Assembly: GCA_048882045.1 (NCBI GenBank)
Contig: JBHLRZ010000032.1
Location: forward strand, 1-39,745
DNA: 39,745 nucleotides
DNA from: Candidatus Thorarchaeota archaeon
GTDB taxonomy: Archaea; Asgardarchaeota; Thorarchaeia; Thorarchaeales; Thorarchaeaceae
Direction: 5' to 3'
In this document: positions 34,232-39,745 of the stretch, one piece after another
Layout of the letters: every line of letters starts with the position of its first letter
How positions within the stretch are numbered: the first letter of the stretch is position 1
Program-made: the position numbers and the translations under genes
Notes under the pieces: generated by a model
The model's input: the letters and a program-made list of their open reading frames with translations, nothing else
What the model was told of the DNA's origin: nothing
Databases searched by the model: none

Positions 34232-35455
34232 ATGAAGATCAATCGAACTAGTCTAGAATCAGTCTTCCAATTCGGTGGCGAAATGTTTTCTGAATCAGTT
34301 TTTGATGCAAAGAGTGTGGAACTTGACATAGTGCGGTCTGACTCAAGAGTGCTCAACTCACAAACAGAATTTTCAACAGAGGATTATTCGAAACTTAAAG
34401 AATCGCTCCTAAATGCAACACGCGAAAAGTTTGAACCTCATCAGGATAAGAAGATAGGATTCCTCATATCTGGTGGAGTTGATTCTACTCTATCATTATA
34501 TCTATTGAAGCAGGTCTATCCTGATGCTCAAGTAACAACATATCATACTGATTGGAAAACCCCTGAACGTTCAGAACTTCCTTTTGCTCAAATAGCTGCA
34601 AAGTTTGTTGGTCAACCATTGAAAATTATTGATACAAGTTCTGACGCTCAGATACCCTTTATTGACGATGCTCTATCAAAATCACTAACAATTTCCTACA
34701 GCACTATTCCAGTATACATGGCCTTCAATGAAATGGTGAATGATGATATTGAAATCGCGGTGAGTGCGCTTGGGCTTGATGAGTTATTTGCTGGCTATTA
34801 TATTCATAAACGATATTTTGAGAAGGGTTCTTTTGGCTTTGTACCATACTCTAGCAGATTGCTCCGTGGACGTTACTATCGGGCAGCGGCAAGACGTTGG
34901 GGTACTACAAAGACCTGGCTGTTGAGCATGATAGTCAATAGCCCTTGGTCGGAGTTTGTGCTTGAAAATGATCTTGATATCAAAGATTGTTACGATAAAC
35001 ATCTCGCAGCCAATAATCTATGGAACTCAATCCATAACTACCTTTTTGATGCAATGATTTGCAACTTTGCTAATATGACCTCGCGTGCAGCATGGGCGAA
35101 TGGTCTAGATGTCATTTATCCATATATTCACAATGAGCTGATCGAATTCTGCCTTTCTCAGTCGCCCATCTCTCGAATCAACAAGGCACCGATTAGACAT
35201 ATGATGAGATCAGAATTGAATTTTCCCGAAGAGATTGCTTCACGTGGAGAAAAGTGGGACAAGATGGGATGGGGCGCAACTCCTCAGCCATACTTCAGCA
35301 ATAAGAGCTACATGGATGCAATTTCTACCGATCCCTCGCTATCCAAGGATTGGTTTACAGAAGAATCTAGAGCATTACTTCTAAACATAAATGAGAATCC
35401 CACAACAAATGGTCTTAATATGGCTCTTTTCATGAAGACACTGGAACTTATCTAA
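34232..35455 (+). CDS. Asparagine-synthase-like ATP pyrophosphatase/amide ligase lacking the glutaminase domain
   Basis: PP-loop ISGGVDS, LGLDELFAGY, V.YPY, NKAPIR..M, K.GW; no N-terminal Cys-Ntn domain. Confidence 0.8.
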   Translation: MKINRTSLESVFQFGGEMFSESVFDAKSVELDIVRSDSRVLNSQTEFSTEDYSKLKESLLNATREKFEPHQDKKIGFLISGGVDSTLSLYLLKQVYPDAQVTTYHTDWKTPERSELPFAQIAAKFVGQPLKIIDTSSDAQIPFIDDALSKSLTISYSTIPVYMAFNEMVNDDIEIAVSALGLDELFAGYYIHKRYFEKGSFGFVPYSSRLLRGRYYRAAARRWGTTKTWLLSMIVNSPWSEFVLENDLDIKDCYDKHLAANNLWNSIHNYLFDAMICNFANMTSRAAWANGLDVIYPYIHNELIEFCLSQSPISRINKAPIRHMMRSELNFPEEIASRGEKWDKMGWGATPQPYFSNKSYMDAISTDPSLSKDWFTEESRALLLNINENPTTNGLNMALFMKTLELI

Positions 35456-36362
35456 CCTCATGAATTGATACTCTCTTCAGGAATTTCATTCGATAGATTG
35501 CCCTGATAAGGTGGAATTTCAGACTGTTATAGTACATTATATAATCGTCATTGTATTCCTCCAGTCCAGTCAATCTCTCTCTTAGATAAGCCGCCAAAAA
35601 AGAGAATCCATACTTCTTCTCAATAATCATCTTAATCCCTATATAGACAACAATGATTGGATGTCTTCTACTGTAAGAATATTGACGGCCTAACAACCTA
35701 GCTCCACTTTTTGTGAATCCCTGAGATGGTCTCGTAGTTTCTACAAGCAAATCATCAATTGTCAAGATCCAATAACGATATTCACCAGCCTTCACATTCC
35801 AAAGAGTATCTGGATCCCCTCTCCAGTATCTCTGAATTCTTGATGCAATACTCCAACGGACTGCTTTACCAGTACCCATCGGTCCTTTTTCTCTCAATCC
35901 TTCTCCCCTAATCTGACCTGATATTACTCCTACTTGAGGATATTTCTTCAGTATTGAATCCATAATTGCCAAGTATTCACTTGGAAGTCGAGTATCAACA
36001 TCCAATTTTACTAGAAATTCGATTTCAAGTCTGTTGATGTCTTCTCGAAAATGATTAAAGGCTGCTGTGAATGCATGTCCAATCGTTTCGAAGTTTCCCT
36101 GATTCTTCTCTGGCATTGAGTATAAGAGATACGGAATCTGATATTCGTCACATGCCTTCTTTGCTACAGTGGCTGATCCGTCATTGCTACCATCATCGAT
36201 TAACAGCCAACACTTTGGTTTGACTTTCTGTTTCATTATGCTTGAGATGAACTCATGCATCATATGAGCTTCATTCCAGAAAGCTGTTACTAGAATGAAG
36301 TCACCAATCATTTTCAGATGCCTCAACGCAACCATGAGAGTCACGATATAAAATGTTATCAT
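35448..36362 (-). CDS. GT2 family glycosyltransferase
   Basis: VTAFWNEA, LIDDGSNDGS, VKLDVD. Start may be ATG 36311. Confidence 0.87.
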   Translation of the reverse strand: MITFYIVTLMVALRHLKMIGDFILVTAFWNEAHMMHEFISSIMKQKVKPKCWLLIDDGSNDGSATVAKKACDEYQIPYLLYSMPEKNQGNFETIGHAFTAAFNHFREDINRLEIEFLVKLDVDTRLPSEYLAIMDSILKKYPQVGVISGQIRGEGLREKGPMGTGKAVRWSIASRIQRYWRGDPDTLWNVKAGEYRYWILTIDDLLVETTRPSQGFTKSGARLLGRQYSYSRRHPIIVVYIGIKMIIEKKYGFSFLAAYLRERLTGLEEYNDDYIMYYNSLKFHLIRAIYRMKFLKRVSIHEVR

Positions 36363-36435
36363 AATCTCTGGAACTCCAGTCTTTATGCCAAAAGGTGTAT
36401 AAGAACCGCCAATTCCGGAACCACAGGTTGGCGAT

Positions 36436-37494
36436 TTGAAAATCCTTCATACTAGTCATCACGGACTGCCTGACCATCGAGTGGAACGAGCCGCATACAT
36501 CGCAAAGAAGAATGGTCATACTATCGAGTATCTCGGACTAGGTGAAACTAATGCTCCAACTCTGGATGTCTTCGATAGCATTACGATGTTGCGACGCCTA
36601 AACAATCTGCAAGTCGCTCTTAGTCGCAGTATTCGCAAGGAATGGATTAAAGAGATCGAGAGAATCAATCCAGACATCATCCATGCAAATGACCTTGTAG
36701 CAGCACGGTTCAGCTCTATGTCTGATTATCCCATGGTATACGATGATCACGAATACTGGAGTAAACAAAGAGTGTCCTACAGGACTTGGCCACTTTGGCG
36801 TCAGTTTGTTATTCTGCCTTATACGATTGGTATACCTCGATGGGAAAAAAACATCCTCTCAAAGCATGTTACGATTACAGTAAGTGAAGGTATAGCTGAA
36901 GAACACCGTAGAATCGCACCAAGAGTATTTGTCCTCCAAAATTATTGTTTGCGAGAGGAGGTCAAGGATATTCCACGAAATGCCAACCGATCTGGTATTG
37001 CTTACGTTGGGTCCGATCTGACAACCAAAGGCATAGTAACAGTGGGTCCAAATCATCCTGTTGCAAAGATTCACAAACCAGTCCCTCATCGAGATATGAC
37101 AGGAATCACCGATTTTATTGAATTTGATGCGATTCATGGACTGCCTCGCAAGGAATTGTATCAGGCATTGTCAGAATATCAATTTGGATTGATCCCATTC
37201 AAAGACAATCCATTTGCAAAATACTCGAATTCTGCTAAAACGTTCGATTATCTGAATTGCGGTCTTCAAGTCTTGATGACCCGCTCGATTTACGAAGCTC
37301 ACGGAGGTCTCCCATATACATATCCCATTGATGATTACACAGATATCCAGACGCTTGTAGATCAACACAAAAATGTGGGTCCTCTTGAGATTATGGATTA
37401 TGCACATGAAAATCTTGTTTGGGAGGCGCAACAGGAACGATTATTCGAAGCCTACAATCTTTGTTTGGAGTTGTTCAATAAATCCAGTTCCTAG
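36436..37494 (+). CDS. GT4-like (GT-B) glycosyltransferase
   Basis: PDHRVER, PDIIHAND, VYDDHEYW, ITVSEGI, GLIPF, KTFDYL.CGL.V. Confidence 0.85.
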   Translation: MKILHTSHHGLPDHRVERAAYIAKKNGHTIEYLGLGETNAPTLDVFDSITMLRRLNNLQVALSRSIRKEWIKEIERINPDIIHANDLVAARFSSMSDYPMVYDDHEYWSKQRVSYRTWPLWRQFVILPYTIGIPRWEKNILSKHVTITVSEGIAEEHRRIAPRVFVLQNYCLREEVKDIPRNANRSGIAYVGSDLTTKGIVTVGPNHPVAKIHKPVPHRDMTGITDFIEFDAIHGLPRKELYQALSEYQFGLIPFKDNPFAKYSNSAKTFDYLNCGLQVLMTRSIYEAHGGLPYTYPIDDYTDIQTLVDQHKNVGPLEIMDYAHENLVWEAQQERLFEAYNLCLELFNKSSS

Positions 37495-37567
37495 AGTGGC
37501 TCTGACTATTTGTACAACTGTTCTCGGTTGACAAAGGTTTTAACGACCATACTTTGGACTAGTCAAA

Positions 37568-38890
37568 GTGCATGGGTGGGTATCAAAATTGGCTGACAAG
37601 ACAATCTCAATTGTTGGACTTGGTTACGTGGGTTTACCAGTCGCTCTGAAGTTTTCCGAAGCTGGTTTTCAGGTGACTGGCATCGATATTGACGAAAGAA
37701 AAGTCCAGCTCATCAACAAAGGAAGGAGTCCAATTGAAGGGAACGAACCTGGACTGAATGAGCTTCTTGGTGAGATTATAAAGACAGGCCGATTGCTTGC
37801 TACAACCGAGTATTCCTCTATTGATGATGCTGATTATGTACTGATTATAGTAGAAACTCCGTTCAGTCTTAGAAGCAAAGAACCTCTCTATACATCACTG
37901 AAGTCCGCAACACAGAGTGTTGCAGCACACCTCCGCAAAGACACGCTTGTGATTATTGAATCAACAATAGCTCCTGGTACAATAAACACAATTGTGCAAC
38001 CTATTTTGGAAGGAGTATCTGGTTTGAAGGCAGGTACAGATTTCTATTTGGCTACGGCTCCAGAACGTGTAATGCCTGGCAAGCTTCTACACAATCTTGT
38101 GACACTCGATCGGGTTGTGGGAGGTATTGACAGAGAGAGTACAGAAAGGGCAGTCGAACTCTACAAACACATAGTTCGGGGGGAACTATATCCGACTGAT
38201 GCACTGACAGCAGAAGTGGTGAAAACGACTGAAAATGCATACAGAGATGTTCAAATTGCATTTGCTAATGAGATTGCCTTGTTGTGTGAGAATCTTGGCG
38301 TTGATGTCTTTGAAGTTCGAAACCTCGTAAACCGGTCTCCATTCAGAGATATGCATATTCCTGGTGCAGGTGTGGGTGGTCATTGTTTACCAAAGGATTC
38401 TTGGTTGCTTGCTTTTGGAGCCAAAGGAAAATATGAACCGCGACTACTCGCTATAGCCCGTGAGATTAATGATGGAATGCCTCATCACATGAGCATCCTA
38501 TGTGAATCCGCACTCAGAGAATCAGGAACTCGTATTTATGGATCTAAAATTGCTATATTGGGATTGGCGTATCTCGAAAATTCAGATGATACACGGAACT
38601 CTCCTACATTCATGCTTGTGAAAGCCTTGGAGGTCATTGGAGCACAACCAATTGTACACGATCCATTCGTTCGATCTGTTGATGATATAGAGCTCTCTTC
38701 TGATATTGATGAAGTACTAAAGGACTCTGATTGTGTGATAGTGATGACAGGTCATGACGAATACAAATCTCTTGACTTGGATAAGATGACACAGCTCATG
38801 AAGACGCACATCATTGTTGATGGGAGAAACATCTTTGACAAACAGCTATGCATTGAAAAGGGATTCATTTACAGAGGCGTTGGGAGATAA
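37568..38890 (+). CDS. UDP-N-acetylhexosamine 6-dehydrogenase (WecC/WbpA family)
   Basis: VGLGYVGLP, VETP, ESTIAPGT, PERVMPG, K..EN.YRDVQIAFANE, GVGGHCLPKD, D.RNSP. Start may be TTG 37589. Confidence 0.93.
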   Translation: MHGWVSKLADKTISIVGLGYVGLPVALKFSEAGFQVTGIDIDERKVQLINKGRSPIEGNEPGLNELLGEIIKTGRLLATTEYSSIDDADYVLIIVETPFSLRSKEPLYTSLKSATQSVAAHLRKDTLVIIESTIAPGTINTIVQPILEGVSGLKAGTDFYLATAPERVMPGKLLHNLVTLDRVVGGIDRESTERAVELYKHIVRGELYPTDALTAEVVKTTENAYRDVQIAFANEIALLCENLGVDVFEVRNLVNRSPFRDMHIPGAGVGGHCLPKDSWLLAFGAKGKYEPRLLAIAREINDGMPHHMSILCESALRESGTRIYGSKIAILGLAYLENSDDTRNSPTFMLVKALEVIGAQPIVHDPFVRSVDDIELSSDIDEVLKDSDCVIVMTGHDEYKSLDLDKMTQLMKTHIIVDGRNIFDKQLCIEKGFIYRGVGR

Positions 38891-38897
38891 TTCAGTG

Positions 38898-39745
38898 ATG
38901 CAGCCAAAACGAGTATTGCTGATTGGCAGTCTTCCAGAAAGGATGACCCGCCTTAGAAGAACTTTCACAAGTTTGAAAGAGTTGGGTGTCGATGTCAAAA
39001 TCTTCTCTCCCTATCGAAATCCCAGAGGACGACCCCGAATTTTGAAAGGAGTAATCAGATATCTTGTCCTCACACTTCAGATCGCACTCTCGAAATCTGA
39101 TATCTACCACTTCTACAATGTTCCAGATATCACAGGTTTTCCTTTAGTTCTGAAAAGAGGAGTCTTTGTATATGATGTACGATCTCCTTGGTTTTCCTCT
39201 ATCAAGGAATCACTCGGGAGTACAGTCCTTTCAAAACTGGCATTGGTTTTCGAATACCTCCTAACAAAAGCTGCAGATTTTGTTATCACAGCAAACTACC
39301 CTTTGGCAGATCGAGCAAAGCGATGGGGCGCCAGCAATGTCGTAATGGTACCCAACTATCCTCCCTCAGACTTCGGACCAAAAAGAGACCGAGCAACAAT
39401 GAGGTCAGATCTTGGACTACGTGGAGAACCAACAGTTCTTTACCTGGGGAAAATATCGAAGATTGAAGGTAGCGAACTTCTCAAGAAAATTATGCTAGAA
39501 GTAAGCCAATCCATCCCAGATGTTAGATTTCTTGTTGTTGGAGATGGCCCTGAACGTCCCTCTGTTGCTAAGTTTGTCATAAAAAGCAACATCTCTGAAA
39601 ATGTCATGATGTTGGGATGGGTTCCTCATGAAGATGTTGCGGATTATATTGGAACGGTTGACCTCTGTTTACTTCCACGAAAATGGGACAGTTTCTCTCC
39701 CTATACTGCTCCAGAGAACATCACAAAGGCTGCAGAGTACTTGGC
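38898..39745 (+). CDS. GT4 family glycosyltransferase (3' truncated; absent from the ORF track)
   Basis: Translated by hand from ATG 38898: MQPKRVLLIG...YDVRSPW...VLYLGKISKIEG...FLVVGDGPER...GWVPHEDVADYIGTVDLCLLP; no stop seen before the window end. Confidence 0.85.
   Translation, partial: MQPKRVLLIGSLPERMTRLRRTFTSLKELGVDVKIFSPYRNPRGRPRILKGVIRYLVLTLQIALSKSDIYHFYNVPDITGFPLVLKRGVFVYDVRSPWFSSIKESLGSTVLSKLALVFEYLLTKAADFVITANYPLADRAKRWGASNVVMVPNYPPSDFGPKRDRATMRSDLGLRGEPTVLYLGKISKIEGSELLKKIMLEVSQSIPDVRFLVVGDGPERPSVAKFVIKSNISENVMMLGWVPHEDVADYIGTVDLCLLPRKWDSFSPYTAPENITKAAEYL

Noticed and set aside
1-39745. CRISPR arrays, tRNA/rRNA, transposases or integrases
   Set aside because: None recognised; intergenic gaps are short (all under ~290 nt) and lack periodic repeats or cloverleaf motifs by eye.

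Overview
Archaeal chromosomal window, most likely from an Asgard archaeon (Thorarchaeia-like). The lineage is inferred from gene content only: NreA with a PIP box, two-domain Rpb5-like RNA polymerase subunits, and a V4R-like regulator. The first ~12.3 kb is mostly housekeeping and regulatory: surface glycoprotein candidates, a membrane-anchored wHTH, NreA, an orphan TadC/FlaJ-like protein, RHH-V4R and AbrB-ACT regulators, desulforedoxin, two tandem eukaryote-like full-length Rpo5/Rpb5 paralogs, a polyprenol kinase, CinA-like, HD and TatD. From ~12.3 kb to the end is a ~27 kb surface-glycan locus with three parts. (i) An ACP-dependent acyl-building cassette (MaoC, ACP, adenylating ligase, Fe-ADH, LuxE, LuxC, LpxD-like acyltransferase, GalT-like, Sfp-type PPTase, alpha/beta hydrolase, membrane deacetylase-like protein, FkbH) whose core order matches the Vibrio cholerae O1 tetronate genes rfbK-L-M-N-O (wbeK-O). 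(ii) A complete-looking legionaminic-acid-type nonulosonate pathway (NeuA, NeuB, NeuC/LegG, acyltransferase, DegT aminotransferase, PglF-type dehydratase) with a divergent sialyltransferase-like gene. (iii) An ATP-dependent amide ligase, GT2/GT4 glycosyltransferases and a UDP-HexNAc dehydrogenase. The best candidates for new biology are ACP-mediated hydroxyacylation of a sialic-acid-like surface sugar in an archaeon, and duplicated eukaryote-type Rpb5 subunits each with its own putative promoter. No rRNA, tRNA, CRISPR array or transposase was recognised. All calls are motif-based by eye; no searches were run.
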